Part shown: in pieces, positions 1-16,607 of the stretch | Position numbering within the stretch: the stretch's first letter is position 1 | Layout of the letters: every line of letters begins with the position of its first letter | From: Macrostomum lignano | Lineage: Eukaryota | Assembly: GCA_002269645.1 (NCBI GenBank) | Contig: NIVC01001855.1 | Span: forward strand, 165,726-229,725 | DNA: 64,000 nucleotides | Reading direction: 5' to 3' | The notes under the pieces: generated by a model | What the model was told of the DNA's origin: nothing | The model's database searches: none | What the model saw: the letters and a program-made list of their open reading frames with translations, nothing else | Translations under genes and position numbers: made by a program

Positions 1-360
1 AACCGATATAATTTGAATTGCACTTAATTATAGGCCTTCTAAAAGCCCTGGTATCTTCATTGTACTCCAGGTGAATCACTTGGCCTGTGTTCTTGCTGGC
101 GTTCGAGCAATTATAAGACGCATTCTATTGTTTAAAAACTTGTCCAACCCTCTGTTATGCCGATTGATTTAATATTTTTGTTAATTATTTTCAAATACAC
201 TATAGCCAAGTGTTTCATTTGCCTATAGGTTTTCTTGCGCTTTAAAAGTTAAGTTTTGGTTAGTAAAAATTCTGCTTGGAAAAATTCAGTGTTTGTTTAT
301 TTCATCAGTTTATTAATCTGCTGGCTCCTGTAATTCTGTAGTATTTTTACTTTCCTTAGT

Positions 361-868
361 CTCCTATTCACTCTCGTTGTCACTCCGAGTCTCCCATTCA
401 CTCTACTTGGCACTCCGAGTCTCCTATTCACTCCCGTTGTCACTCTTTCCCAGTCTCCTATTCACTCTCGTTGTCACTCCGAGTCTCCTGTTCACTCTAC
501 TTGGCACTTCAAGTCTCCTATTCACTCTACTTTGTCACTCCGAGTCTCCTATTCACTCTCGTTATCACTCTGAGTCTCCTATTCACTCCCGTTGTCACTC
601 CGAGTCTCCTATTCACTCTCGTTATCACTCTGAGTCTCCTATTCACTCCCGTTGTCACTCCGAGTCTCCTATTCACTCTCGTTATCACTCTGAGTCTCCT
701 ATTCACTTCCGTTGTCACTCCGAGTCTCCTATTCACTCTACTTGGCACTCCAAGTCTCCTATTCACTCTCGTTATCACTCCGAGTCTCCTATTCACTCTA
801 CTTGGCACTCCAAGTCTCCTATTCACTCTACTTGTCACTCCGAGTCTCCTATTCACTCTCGTTGTCAA
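361..868. repeat. Minisatellite, 30-bp unit (CACTCCGAGTCTCCTATTCACTCTCGTTRT)
   Basis: About 17 tandem copies read directly; explains ORFs 377..895, 471..1148 and 527..877. Confidence 0.95.
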
Positions 869-1362
869 TCTAAACACCTTTATACTTGTCTGTAACTCTC
901 TAATGTCACTCTATAGGCCTCCCTTCGCTCCCGTCAGCCTATCCAGGCTCTCTTTCCCACTCAGACTCCAAACGGCCAAGCCTCTGCTTGTCAAATGGCG
1001 CTTCTGGCCTCTGTTCGGCTGGTTTCTTATTTCTGTGTTATCTACTAGAAGCGGCGCGCCAATTGGTCAACTCTGGGCAGGGGTGAGGCGGGGACGTGGG
1101 ACACCTATTGCATCTCTTCCCCCCTCACCCGGTCGGGCCTTTCCCTAAGAAACCCAATGCTACTTGTGCCCGTGTCGGATTTTTGAAATGAGTCAGGCCT
1201 GATTTCGAACTGGCAAAACGAACTTCGAATTGCAAAGATTATTTTGCTTTGAGAATGGCTTTTTCGAACTAGAGATTTGCTGTCTCGGATTATCGGATCG
1301 CTTTAATAGAAGGTAAGGCAAACTGGGTCTGATTGTCGGCTAAGTTATTGATTGCTATGAGT

Positions 1363-4300
1363 GAATAGAATAGGAGATATACTTGGATAGAATGGGTGAC
1401 ATACTGAAGGATAGAATAGGTGATATACTGAAGGATAGAATAGGCGATATACTGAAGGATACAATGGGTGATATAGTGATGGATAGAATAGGTGATATAC
1501 TGAAGGATACAATGGGTGATATAGTGATGGATAGAATGGGTGATATACTGAAGGATAGAATGGGTGATATACTGATGGATAGAATAGGTGATATACTGAA
1601 GGATAGAATGGGTGATATAGTCATGGATAGAATGGGTGATATACTGAAGGATAGAATAGGTGATATACTGATGGATAGGATAAGTGATATACTGATGGAT
1701 AGAATGGGTGATATACTGATGGATAGAATGGGTGATAAACTGATGGATAGAATGGGTGATATACTGATGGATAGAATGGGTGATATACTGATGGATAGAA
1801 TGGGTGATAAACTGATGGATTTGATAAGTGATATACTGATGGATAGAATGGGTGATATACTGAAGGATAGAATAGGTGATATACTGATGGATAGGATAAG
1901 TGATATACTGAATGATAGAATAGGTGATATACTGAAGGATAGAATGGTTGATATACTGAAGGATAGAATGGGTGATATACTGAAGGATAGAATGGGTGAT
2001 ATACTGAAGGATAGAATGAGTGATATACTGAATGATAGAATAGGTGATATACTGATGGATAGAATGGTTGATATACTGAAGGATAGAATGGGTGATATAC
2101 TGAAGGATAGAATGGGTGATATACTGAAGGATAGAATAGGTGATATACTGAAGGATAGAATGGGTGGTATACTGATGGATAGAATGGGTGATATACTGAT
2201 GGATAGAATGGGTGATAAACTGATGGATAGAATGGGTGATATACTGATGGATAGAATGGGTGATATACTGAAGGATAGAATAGGTGATATACTGAAGGAA
2301 AGAATGGGTGATATACTGAAGGATAGAATGGGTGATATACTGAAGGATAGAATAGGTGATATACTGAAGGAAAGAATGGGTGATATACTGATGGATAGAA
2401 TTGGTGATATACTGAAGGATAGAATTGGTGATATACTGAAGGATAGAATTGGTGATATACTGATAGATAGAATGGGTGACATACTGAAGGATAGAATAGG
2501 TGATATACTGAAGGATAGAATAGGCGATATACTGAAGGATACAATGGGTGATATAGTGATGGATAGAATAGGTGATATACTGAAGGATACAATGGGTGAT
2601 ATAGTGATGGATAGAATGGGTGATATACTGAAGGATAGAATGGGTGATATACTGATGGATAGAATAGGTGATATACTGAAGGATAGAATGGGTGATATAG
2701 TCATGGATAGAATGGGTGATATACTGAAGGATAGAATAGGTGATATACTGATGGATAGGATAAGTGATATACTGATGGATAGAATGGGTGATATACTGAT
2801 GGATAGAATGGGTGATAAACTGATGGATAGAATGGGTGATAAACTGATGGATTTGATAAGTGATATACTGATGGATATGATAAGTGATATACTGATGGAT
2901 AGAATGGGTGATATACTGAAGGATAGAATAGGTGATATACTGATGGATAGGATAAGTGATATACTGAATGATAGAATAGGTGATATACTGAAGGATAGAA
3001 TGGTTGATATACTGAAGGATAGAATGGGTGATATACTGAAGGATAGAATGGGTGATATACTGAAGGATAGAATGAGTGATATACTGAATGATAGAATAGG
3101 TGATATACTGATGGATAGAATGGTTGATATACTGAAGGATAGAATGGGTGATATACTGAAGGATAGAATGGGTGATATACTGAAGGATAGAATAGGTGAT
3201 ATACTGAAGGATAGAATGGGTGGTATACTGATGGATAGAATGGGTGATATACTGATGGATAGAATGGGTGATAAACTGATGGATAGAATGGGTGATATAC
3301 TGATGGATAGAATGGGTGATATACTGAAGGATAGAATAGGTGATATACTGAAGGAAAGAATGGGTGATATACTGAAGGATAGAATGGGTGATATACTGAA
3401 GGATAGAATAGGTGATATACTGAAGGAAAGAATGGGTGATATACTGATGGATAGAATTGGTGATATACTGAAGGATAGAATTGGTGATATACTGAAGGAT
3501 AGAATTGGTGATATACTGATAGATAGAATTGGTGATATACTGAAGGATAGAATTGGTGATATACTGAAGGATAGAATTTGTGATATACTGAAGGATAGAA
3601 TTTGTGATATACTGATTGATAGAATGGTTGATATACTGAAGGATAGAATGGGTGATATACTGATGGATAGAATGGGTGATATACTGAAGGATAGAATTGG
3701 TGATATACTGATGGATAGAATGGTTGATATACTGAAGGATAGAATGGGTGATATACTGAAGGATAGAATGGGTGATATACTGAAGAATAGAATGAGTGAT
3801 ATACTGAATGATAGAATAGGTGATATACTGAAGGATAGAATGGTTGATATACTGAAGGATAGAATGGGTGATATACTGAAGGATAGAATGGGTGATATAC
3901 TGAAGGATAGAATGAGTGATATACTGAATGATAGAATAGGTGATATACTGATGGATAGAATGGTTGATATACTGAAGGATAGAATGGGTGATATACTGAA
4001 GGATAGAATGGGTGATATACTGAAGGATAGAATAGGTGATATACTGAAGGATAGAATGGGTGGTATACTGATGGATAGAATGGGTGATATACTGATGGAT
4101 AGAATGGGTGATAAACTGATGGATAGAATGGGTGATATACTGATGGATAGAATGGGTGATATACTGAAGGATAGAATAGGTGATATACTGAAGGAAAGAA
4201 TGGGTGATATACTGAAGGATAGAATGGGTGATATACTGAAGGATAGAATTTGTGATATACTGATTGATAGAATGGTTGATATACTGAAGGATAGAATGGG

Positions 4301-5372
4301 TGATATACTGATGGATAGAATGGGTGATATACTGAAGGATAGAATGGTTGATATACTGAAGGATAGAATGGGTGATATACTGAAGGATAGAATGGGTGAT
4401 ATACTGAAGGATAGAATGGGTGATATACTGAAGGATAGAATGAGTGATATACTGAATGATAGAATGGGTGATAAACTGATGGATAGAATGGGTGATATAC
4501 TGATGGATAGAATGGGTGATATACCGAAGGATAGAATGGGTGATATAGTGATGGATAGAATGGGTGATATACTGAAGGATAGAATAGGTGATGTACTGAA
4601 GGATAGAATAGGTGATATACTGAAGGATAGAATAGGTGATGTACTGAAGGATAGAATAGGTGGTATACTGAAGGATAGAATAGGTGATATACTGAAGGAT
4701 AGAATGGGTGGTATACTGATGGATAGAATGGGTGATATACTGATGGATAGAATGGGTGATAAACTGATGGATAGAATGGGTGATATACTGATGGATAGAA
4801 TGGGTGATATACTGAAGGATAGAATAGGTGATATACTGAAGGAAAGAATGGGTGATATACTGAAGGATAGAATGGGTGATATACTGAAGGATAGAATTTG
4901 TGATATACTGATTGATAGAATGGTTGATATACTGAAGGATAGAATGGGTGATATACTGATGGATAGAATGGGTGATATACTGAAGGATAGAATGGTTGAT
5001 ATACTGAAGGATAGAATGGGTGATATACTGAAGGATAGAATGGGTGATATACTGAAGGATAGAATGGGTGATATACTGAAGGATAGAATGAGTGATATAC
5101 TGAATGATAGAATGGGTGATAAACTGATGGATAGAATGGGTGATATACTGATGGATAGAATGGGTGATATACCGAAGGATAGAATGGGTGATATAGTGAT
5201 GGATAGAATGGGTGATATACTGAAGGATAGAATAGGTGATGTACTGAAGGATAGAATAGGTGATATACTGAAGGATAGAATAGGTGATGTACTGAAGGAT
5301 AGAATAGGTGGTATACTGAAGGATAGAATAGGTGATATACTGAAGGATAGAATGGGTGGTATACTGATGGAA
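1363..5372. repeat. 4-kb minisatellite, 24-bp unit (GGATAGAATGGGTGATATACTGAA), with higher-order duplications
   Basis: About 167 units. Diagnostic variants recur at a 1080-bp spacing (1391/2471, 1621/2701) and a 648-bp spacing (4521/5169). Confidence 0.97.
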
Positions 5373-5832
5373 AAAATGAATAACTTTCAAATGAACAAAG
5401 TGGGTCAGTGTGATGATAATGAGGCCCATTTTTCAAGAAGTACATCGATGTCCTTTTGCATGCAGTCTGGCTCGTACTGTACAGCAGAGTTTCGCAACCA
5501 GATTCCCTCACGCGAAAGTTGAACAGAGAAATTTTGTAGTAAAAAGCATTTTTTATATAGGAAGGAGCCTAGGCTTGCCTGTGTAAGATCTCTTTGATGT
5601 CTAATCCCGATCCTTCATCATGGATGTTGAGCTGTTCTGACAGTCAACGCATGGCTGGCGCCTGACTCTTGTCTTTTGAGGCTTATACTGTGAGTAACTG
5701 AAACTAGTTGATGTGCGACAATGGATCATGAACTAGAAATTATTATTTATTACAAATTTGGCACTCCTGCTGACATGCAAACTTTTGGCGCCTCCTGACA
5801 CTAGATTGCATCGCTTTTTGGCACCCAAAATG

Positions 5833-6330
5833 AGCGCCTTCTGACACTCAAATTGGGCGCCTCCTGACACTCAAATTGGGCGCCTCCTGACACTCAAATT
5901 GAGCGCCTCCTGACACTCAAATTGGGCGCCTCCTGACACTCAAATTGAGCGCCTCCTGACACTCAAATTGGGCGCCTCCTGACACTCAAATTGAGCGCCT
6001 CCGGACACTTAAATTGAGCGCCTCCTGACACTCAAATTGGGCGCCTCCTGACACTCAAATTGAGCGCCTCCTGACACTCAAATTGGTCGCCTCCTGACAC
6101 TCAAATTGGGCGCCTCTTGACACTCAAATTGAGCGCCTCCTGACACTCAAATTGGGCGCCTCCGGACACTTAAATTGAGCGCCTCCTGACATTCAAATTG
6201 AGCGCCTCCTGACACTCAAATTGAGCGCCTCTTAACACTCAAATTGGGCGCCTCCTGACACTCAAATTGGGCGCCTCTTGACACTCAAATTGGGCGCCTC
6301 CTGACACTCAAATTGGGCGCCTCCTGACAC
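5833..6330. repeat. Minisatellite, 23-bp unit (CTGACACTCAAATTGGGCGCCTC)
   Basis: About 21 tandem copies read directly. Confidence 0.95.
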
Positions 6331-7329
6331 TGACTCCAGTCAGCACTGAAAGACAACTCGTAATTGTGCAATTTTTCATACACGGCAAGCCTGATTATTT
6401 CGAGGATTTATACATGCCCGTCACCCCCTTAGTGGCGCCGATGGTGGAGGGCAGGAAGCTGAGCCATGTGCGCTGCCTCTCTCTCGCTAGATTTTTAAAT
6501 GGATTTTAACTGTAAGCTGGCCAAAGCTTTGACACCTGCTTTCGCGTGGATCAGCCGAAAGAGCACGGGGAAACTCTGGGGGGGGGAAGGAACTGTAGGA
6601 TCCGCCTCTTGATGTCATCGAATTACCTCTTAGTCTTCCCACCTCTGAGCAGTCGTGTGTGCTCACTTTCACCTTTCGGTTCGCAGCCTCTCTTCTCCAT
6701 CATCTAGATTGGGTTTGGGGGCGGGGGCGGGGATGTAGGGTCATATCTATTTCAGTGCTAGTCAGCTCACTTTGATTCAAGCGGTTTTCTGTTCTATCAC
6801 TGAAAGCCTTTTAATTAAATTTTCTCTGAACTGGAACAATTCCAGTAGATGGAAAAGTGGCTGTCATCTCGCACAGGTGCTAAAAAAGTTACAAAATCAA
6901 AGTCTGCTAATATTGTAATAGTAGCACTGTCTCAGCTGCATCCAACTATAGCCAAGGAATTTCCACTTGGATGAGGAAGACCTGCATGGAGCTATAGGCA
7001 GTATAGCTGGGAATAGCTTGTGCCTGCCCCATCGGTGACTGACACACAGGCACTGACTGACCTTGTAAATTAATGACCACTAGCTATGGCTACATATATC
7101 GAATTCATCCGTTTCGCGTCTTCCTGCATCAGTTCGAATTCGCTGTTAACTTTGAAAAATGTGCATAGCCTGAGCCAGTCCACTCTTAGGGTAAAAGCCT
7201 GTGTTAAAACCTGATTTATGATTTATAAGTTAATTTTTACTATTTCTCTTGTAAATCGTGCGGGTAAACGCAGTATAGAAAAGAGGGTTGACGGTAATGT
7301 GATAGGCAAAAAAGGTAAGAGAAAGCAAT

Positions 7330-8288
7330 GAGGGGTGAGAGAGGGTAAAGAGGGCGAGAGGGTTGAGAGGGAGTATAGACAGTTGAGAGAGGGTAAAGCG
7401 AGGGGAGAAAAGGTAAGGAGTGGGAAGAGAGGGTAAAGAGAGGCGAGAGAGGGTAAAGAGAGGTGAGAGAGGGTAAAGAGAGGCGAGAGAGGGTAAAGAG
7501 AGGTGAGAGAGGGTAAAGATAGGTGAGAGAGGGTAAAGATAGGTGAGAGAGGGTAATGAGAGGTGAGAGAGGGTAAAGAGAGGCGAGAGAGGGTAAAGAG
7601 AGGTGAGAGAGGGTAAAGAGAGGCGAGAGAGGGTAAAGAGAGGTGAGAGAGGGTAGAGAGAGACGAGGGAGGGTAGAGAGAGGTGAGGAAGGGTAGAGAG
7701 AGGTGAGGGAGGGTAGAGAGAGGTGATTGGGGGTAAAGAGAGGTGAGAGAGGGTAAAGAGAGGTGACAGAGGGTAAAGAGAGTTGAGAGAGGGTAAAGAG
7801 AGGTGAGAGAGGGTAAAGATAGGTGAGAGAGGGTAAAGATAGGTGAGAGAGGGTAATGAGAGGTGAGAGAGGGTAAAGAGAGGCGAGAGAGGGTAAAGAG
7901 AGGTGAGAGAGGGTAAAGAGAGGCGAGAGAGGGTAAAGAGAGGTGAGAGAGGGTAAAGAGAGGCGAGAGAGGGTAAAGAGAGGTGAGAGAGGGTAAAGAG
8001 AGGTGAGAGAGGGTAAAGAGAGGGGAGAAAGGGTAAAGAAAGATGAGAGAGGGTAAAGAGAGGTGAGGGAGGGTAGAGAGAGACGAGGGAGGGTAGAGAG
8101 AGGTGAGGAAGGGTAGAGAGAGGTGAGGGAGGGTAGAGAGAGGTGATTGGGGGTAAAGAGAGGTGAGAGAGGGTAAAGATAGGTGAGAGAGGGTAAAGAT
8201 AGGTGAGAGAGGGTAATGAGAGGTGAGAGAGGGTAAAGAGAGGTGAGAGAGGATAAAGATAGGTGAGAGAGGGTAAAGAGAGGCGAGC
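7330..8288. repeat. Purine-rich minisatellite, 20-bp unit (GAGAGGGTAAAGAGAGGTGA)
   Basis: About 48 copies; variant AGACGAGGGA recurs at 7661 and 8081 (420-bp higher-order duplication). Confidence 0.95.
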
Positions 8289-8958
8289 TAGATTGAGAAA
8301 AAGTAGAAATGAAAAAATCAGTGGGCAGGCAATTCTCCCCTATTGAACAAAAAGCGGATGGATCGAACACCCAGCAGCGCTCGGTACAATTACGGTCCAT
8401 CCGCCCAGCCACCGCACACCAGGTTATTCTACTTCACAATGCCAAGCAGTGGGGAGAGGGAAAAGTTGAAGAAGTGCGAACACACCTTTCCTGTGCTGCA
8501 ACACCTCGGGCTAGAGAGGTTTTATTGGTTCCCTGGACTGGCAGCAATTTTATACGGAATGTTGCTGCTTCTAGGGAGGGGGGAGTCTGGAACCCCGTTT
8601 TCATCCAGCTATCCTTGGGATATCGCGGGTAAGAAATCCGGCGGGCGCCCAGTCAAGAGATACAGCAGGCTGGCCCTGTGCCTGCGACTTTAAGGGAATA
8701 CAAGCCTAAGCGGGGGCGGGGGGGGGCGCCTCGGCTACCGAATCCAGAATCCATGCATGCGGCGGAGATAAGCGATCATTCGAATTCGGGCATCTGTTGC
8801 GACTGTGGGATCCGTGCCGATTGCCCCCCCCACCCTGCACACGCCAAAAATTGCATTCGTTCCTGTGGCACCTCCGCAGGCAATTCTTCCAGTTTTTATC
8901 TGAATGGCTGTGGATATTGTGCGGTGTACTTTTGCTGACAGCTACGGGTCTCTGCGCA

Positions 8959-9668
<710 letters not shown>

Positions 9669-10599
9669 ATTATCAATGCATCAATTTACCAGAGTTTCTA
9701 TTTAGACAGAATCGGGCCAGCAGTATCCCCGGAGCCCACCAGCCCTCAGCCTCAATCTGTTGTCCCTATTCGGATCAGCTCGCGCGATCCCACTCGAAAC
9801 TACAAACCGAATTTGCCCAAAATCCCAAACCCCAGGCTCCTTGTTAGATCGAGTCTTTCATTCCCCAGCAAGCCCCCACTCGTTAATCCCCCGCATCACA
9901 CTTGTCTCCAGCGGAATCCCACCACCAGCAGTTCCTTCCTAGCAAAGGTTTGCGCTAACAAACTCCCAGCAACTGCTCCCTGCATTTGCCTGTCCGCCTG
10001 TCCCTCTCTTTTGCAACAGGGGATTTCTGGCGCGCAGCCTTCTGCACTTCGCCGCGTGAGCTCTGAGCTGGGAGCGGCTCAAATCGCGCGAATCAGTTGT
10101 TGATTGCCTTGATCAGACCGAATTTCTGCGACAAGCAAAGCAGTGGGCAGCGCTCCCCCCATTTCCCCGCACTATACCAGTTGCAGACAGCAAAACTCCC
10201 ACAGCGAAAGAGGAGAATCCAATCCAATCCATCCATCTCAATGTCGGGAGCGCCGCTTCCTTGCGCCGTGCGGATTTGCTGCATACAGTGACGCGTCGAC
10301 CTCGTTAGGGACCCCATTTTTTCTCTTCGCCTCTAGGGGGGGGGCAGCGCAAGTTTGGTTGCTAAGCTGGGCAGAGAGAAATCCTTTAAATGGAAAACCG
10401 CCTTCGGCCTTTAAACTGCACTTTGCCCGACGCCCCCACCCCAGTCCGCTGGACAAGAAGCTGCTGCCGACTGAATGTGTGCTAATTGAGTATCCTAATA
10501 AACCCAGGAAAAGGCTGAAGTCACTAAAAAAGTCTTTTAAGTTTGCCTCTTTCCATCGTTTCCTGTGTGGTATGCTTCATCTCATAGCTCGTACGTCCC

Positions 10600-10980
10600 A
10601 TATCCCATATCTATACCCATATCCCATACCCCATACCGCATACCCCATACCCCATACCCCATATCCCATATTCCATACCCCATACCCCATACCCCATACT
10701 CCATATTGAGTATTCCACACCCCATACCCCATACCCCATACCCCATATCCCATACTCCATACCCCATACCCCATACCCCATACTCCATACCCCATACCCC
10801 ATACCCATACTCCATATTGAGTATCCCACACCCCATACCCCATACCCATACCCCATACCCATACCCATACCCCATACCCAATACCCCAAACCCCATACCC
10901 ATACCCAATACCCCAAACCCCATATCCCATACCCCATACCCCACATCCCATACCCCATATTGCATATCCCATACCCCATA
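10600..10980. repeat. (CCCCATA)n degenerate 7-bp repeat
   Basis: Direct read; the minus strand is G-rich (TATGGGG)n. Confidence 0.93.
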
Positions 10981-11741
10981 TCACAACGCCCTGTTCACCT
11001 TTCTTTGTATCTTCCCGATTCGAAAATCTTTAAACCCACCCCAGTGAAAAAGCAACTCAATGCAATGAGAAAACCCACATCGTCAAAACCGACCGAGTAG
11101 TCAGAGGTCAAAGGCCAGCGAGGTCAGGACTCGAACCCGTCAAATCGATTTTTCCCCAGCAACTCGTACGCAGCCAAGTCAATAATTCTGTTTTGGAGAA
11201 TAAAATGTTCGACATCAACACAGAATCCTTGCTTAGGAAACTCCCCTGGTCAGAGTGTTTGCAGAATTATTTCTAGAATTTTTTAAGCTCCGCCAGTGTC
11301 TTCGAGCCAGCCCGGACCCACTCGACTACACAAGAGGTCCACTGGTCCACTTCTGGTGAAAAGCATTGCTTTTTTCAACTTATAGCTTCCTTGATGTAGA
11401 TCGATCTTGAATTTTCTATCTTCAATTCTATATGCAGCCTCCCGAAGCATTCTCTGAAGGTTTTTATTGCCGCATGTTAGCTAGCGGTCTAATTGCCTCT
11501 AGGAGCAGAAATTGAAGACAGCTTGGTTGTAAATTTTGCTGGATATTTTGCTTGCCGTTTAAGTGCGAAATTCACCCTGTCAGTGTTGCTGAATAAAGCA
11601 TCTGGTATGTGTGCCACTCACGGCAGCTGACTTGCCTCTCTTGCCTCTGTTTAACACGCTCTGGTCGCTACTAGGGATGCTGATTCTCGCTGCATCTCAT
11701 GCCCTCTGTGCTCGGCTTCTCTGCCTCCCTCTTTCCCCTCC

Positions 11742-11778
<37 letters not shown>
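11742..11778. repeat. (CT)n microsatellite
   Basis: Direct read. Confidence 0.9.
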
Positions 11779-11780
<2 letters not shown>

Positions 11781-12261
11781 CTTCATCTCTCTCCTTCTCT
11801 GTCACTTGCCTTGCCACAAAGAGAACAAAGATTTGTAAGGTCCTCTGTAATCACACGAGTGTTTTTGCGTCCACAAAGACACAAACCTTTAGCTTCCGGT
11901 TGTCCGACACTGCAAACTGTACATGCAATACAAGCCGACAACAACTGTTATGGGTGGGGAACGGGTGTACGAAGGGAGCGATTCTTAAGGAAAAAATTCC
12001 CATAACGCTGCTGTAGCCCGTATGCTTGCGTGTATAAGACGAGGGTAAAAAGGAATTGGGATAAACAAGATCGAATGCCAGAAAAGCTGCACACATGTAC
12101 GCACATTTACACGCGCCTGGACAGTTTAGATCAGAAGCTATACATGTAGTTTATTCAAAAAATGTATTCCATTCTTTGTTGGCTCCCCAACGGGGGGCGC
12201 TGATTGCTAGTCCATATACTAAAAATTTATACAAATCTAAAGTCTGTCACCAAAGAACTGG

Positions 12262-12422
12262 AAATTTAGCTTGATATGAGGGGCCGCTCTGATGTGCCAG
12301 CGGCCCAGGCTCGATTCAAATGATGCAGTCACATTAATTTTGGGGCTAAAATTGGAGTCTTGGCTTGGCTCTGCTCGTGAAATTAACGCACTTGAGGGCC
12401 AACTCCCTAGGCACAGTAAATA
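12262..12422 (+). mobile_element. Diverged partial copy of tRNA-derived SINE family B
   Basis: GCTCTGATGTGCCAGCGGCCCAGGCTCGATTC...GCAGTCACATTAATTTTGGGGCT...GGCTCTGCTCGTGAAATTAACG aligns with the reverse complement of 23230-23390. Confidence 0.8.
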
Positions 12423-12889
12423 AAAGGTCACGCGACAACCTCCAGGGCCAATTTTTGTGAAACTTGAAGTTGAAGTTGAGATCTACCCCTTACAGGTAAG
12501 CCAAGTGCACCGACTTTTAGTTGAGTCTCGTTGACAGTCAGTCCACAGCTAAACCTCAACTGTCACATTCAGTCCCCCTGTCTGTCACTGCTAATCTGAC
12601 TGGGAATTTGTCTGATGTGAAGCCGCGGATAAAATGATTCCAGCCCTGCATTTCGGGGGTTTTCGGCTGACTGCCGTTGAAAGTACAAGGACTCGACACG
12701 GGGGTTGGATTTTGGCCTTTGAGATTAAAAACTAATCAAGGAAATGCTTGCATGGGTCATGTAGACAGAGGTACATTCGCTGACGAACTTTAGCATTGCT
12801 GCATAAAACCATGTACTATCAGATAGCATGCTTTTATGAGCTGCATGGCCATAAGCAGGCCTCAGAAGACTCCAGTTGGGTGAACTTTT

Positions 12890-13160
12890 GATCAGGGATG
12901 GAGTGACCAGAGTGATCAGGGATGGAGTGACCAGAGGGATCAGGGATGGAGTGACCAGAGTGATCAGGGATGGAGTGACCAGAGTGATCAAGGATAGAGT
13001 GACCAGAGTGATCAGGGATGGGGTGACCAGAGTGGTCAGGGATGGAGTGACCAGAGTGATCAGAGATGGAGTGATCAGGCGTAGAATCACCAGAGAGTGA
13101 GTGAACAGAAAGTGAGTGAGCAGAAACTGGGTGAGCAGAAATTGAGTGAGCAGAAACTGA
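12890..13160. repeat. 24-bp minisatellite (GATCAGGGATGGAGTGACCAGAGT) followed by short GAGTGAGCAGAAA repeats
   Basis: Direct read. Confidence 0.9.
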
Positions 13161-13724
13161 GTGAGCAGAAAGTGAGTAAATAGAACATTCCTTGATATCT
13201 TTGGTGCCTGAGAACAACAAATTTCATAGAATCTGAACTCAATCTAAAATAAAACTTCGGTGCATCAGATGCCAAACCCTTCAAGTTGGCATTCATTTCG
13301 GCATTGCAACACTGCCCAGAATAGTTAAGCGGCTCGGCTTTTTGAAGCATTCAGATATGAAATTAGAGGCTGGGAGAGAATTATGAGGGACACGGGACCC
13401 GTAGCCGCTTTGCCGGAGGGTCTAGCAAGGAAAAAAATATCCCATGAAAGGGATCGTCAGAACGCCGCTCCGCCCCCGTTCAAGCCAGTCAATTGGGCTT
13501 TTAAGAATGGCATCCCCAACTGTGCCAGGAATTCCCCGTGTCAGTCACCAGCCAGTCCTGCGTGCTTGAAGCCTCTGGCCATGGCCTGCCCATCCATCAA
13601 TTGTGCGCGACCTTCTCACTGATGCTGTCCTGTTCCGATCGCATTGCTCCAACTCTTCTGCAGTCTCCATCGCCCCTGGTTCTCTACCGTCTCTTTTTCT
13701 CTCACCTGTGTATCGCTCTCACCT

Positions 13725-14700
13725 CTAATGTCTCTCAATCTCACCTCTACTGTCTCTCAATCTCACCTCTACTGTCTCTCACTCTCACCTCTACTGTCTC
13801 TCAATCTCACCTCTACTGTCTCTCACTCTCACCTCTACTGTCTCTCATACTCATCTCTACTGTCTCTCACTCTCACCTCTACTGTCTCTCAATCTCACCT
13901 CTACTGTCTCTCAATCTCACCTCTACTGTCTCTCAATCTCACCTCTACTGTCTCTCAATCTCACCTCTACTGTCTCTCAATCTCACCTCTACTGTCTCTC
14001 AATCTCACCTCTACTGTCTCTCAATCTCACCTCTACTGTCTCTCAATCTCACCTCTACTGTCTCTCACTCTCACCTCTACTGTCTCTCACTCTCACCTCT
14101 ACTGTCTCTCAATCTCACCTCTACTGTCTCTCAATCTCACCTCTACTGTCTCTCAATCTCACCTCTACTGTCTCTCATTCTCACCTCTACTGTATCTCAC
14201 TCTCACCTCTACTGTCTCTCATACTCATCTCTACTGTCTCTCATTCTCACCTCTACTGTCTCTCACTCTCACCTCTACTGTCTCACTCTCACCTCTACTG
14301 TCTCTCACTCTCACCTCTACTGTCTCACAATCTCACCTCTACTGTCTCTCAATTTCACCTCTACTGTCTCTCAATCTCACCTCCACTGTCTCTCAATCTC
14401 ACCTCTACTGTCTCTCAATCTCACCTCTACTGTCTCTCAATCTCACCTCTACTGTCTCTCATACTCATCTCTACTGTCTCTCATTCTCACCTCTACTGTC
14501 TCTCACTCTCACCTCTACTGTCTCTCATACTCATCTCTACTGTCTCTCATTCTCACCTCTACTGTCTCTCACTCTCACCTCTACTGTCTCACTCTCACCT
14601 CTACTGTCTCTCACTCTCACCTCTACCGTCTCACTCTCACCTCTACTGTCTCTCACTCTCACCTTTACCGTCTCACTCTCACCTCTACTATCTCTCTCTC
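13725..14700. repeat. Pyrimidine-rich minisatellite, 22-bp unit (CTCACCTCTACTGTCTCTCAAT)
   Basis: About 44 copies with occasional 20-bp variants. Confidence 0.95.
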
Positions 14701-15414
14701 ATTGTCTACCTTTTTGTCAAGCCGCTCAGCCGTCCGCAGGTAGCTGACTGCATCTGAGTCTCGCATAACTAGCAAAGAATCATTTTTTCATTTCCCTTTC
14801 AGCCGGGGACAAAAGCCGCATTAGAAGGCCTCTGTGAAACTATCTTTTTGGATGAACTCAACAAAAAAGGCGGACACAGCTCAAGGCAAATCAGTTCAGC
14901 TTTCCTTTCGCAAAGAAAATTCAAGCCGCTTGTAGTTTAAGTCTACCATAAAAGACACTAATCCCCGCCCTCCCTCGGCGACAGGTCTGAATTCTCGCTC
15001 AGCAATATAAATGTCTGATTGAGTGAAATGCCGCGGAAAAAGTCGACTGAGACACCCGAAAGCAAATGGAAAAACATCTTCATTTGAAGACGATTTTAAG
15101 CTGATTCTGTCCGAAAAAATTGCTTTTCTTTTAAGACAATTCATTTCCAAGAAAAGCTGCCAGGGTTTTGTCGTCTTCAGTCCACTTTTCCGCTTGCCGA
15201 ACTGGATAAACTCTGTCTTCTTTTCTCCTCCAGAATCTGCAACATCTGCCAACCCAGGCCCCTGCCCAGGATTTTAGGCGGCAGAAAATCCCAGCAGCTG
15301 TTTCTGACTGCCAAATGTTGCCCGCCTCCTGCGGCCCTTTTTAATAAAAGCAGAAGCTGCTTGTCACGGAGCTGACCATCCATCATCTCTCATCTGGGCT
15401 GCGCCTGTGCTGTC

Positions 15415-16607
<1,193 letters not shown>

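Noticed and set aside
1290-5522. 1379-aa ORFs on both strands (MGDILKDR and ITHSILQY repeats)
   Set aside because: They follow from a 24-bp unit that lacks stops in these frames. Few single substitutions could create a stop, non-triplet arrays nearby are equally indel-free, and there is no unique N- or C-terminal domain.
5390-5700. Short protein-like segments on the minus strand next to the 24-bp array
   Set aside because: Could not be joined into a consistent frame and show no recognisable motif.
10600-10980. Interstitial telomeric repeat
   Set aside because: The unit is TATGGGG, not TTAGGG, and is degenerate.
11110-11175. B-box-like GGGTTCGAGTCC on the minus strand
   Set aside because: No convincing A box or cloverleaf; at most a SINE or tRNA remnant.
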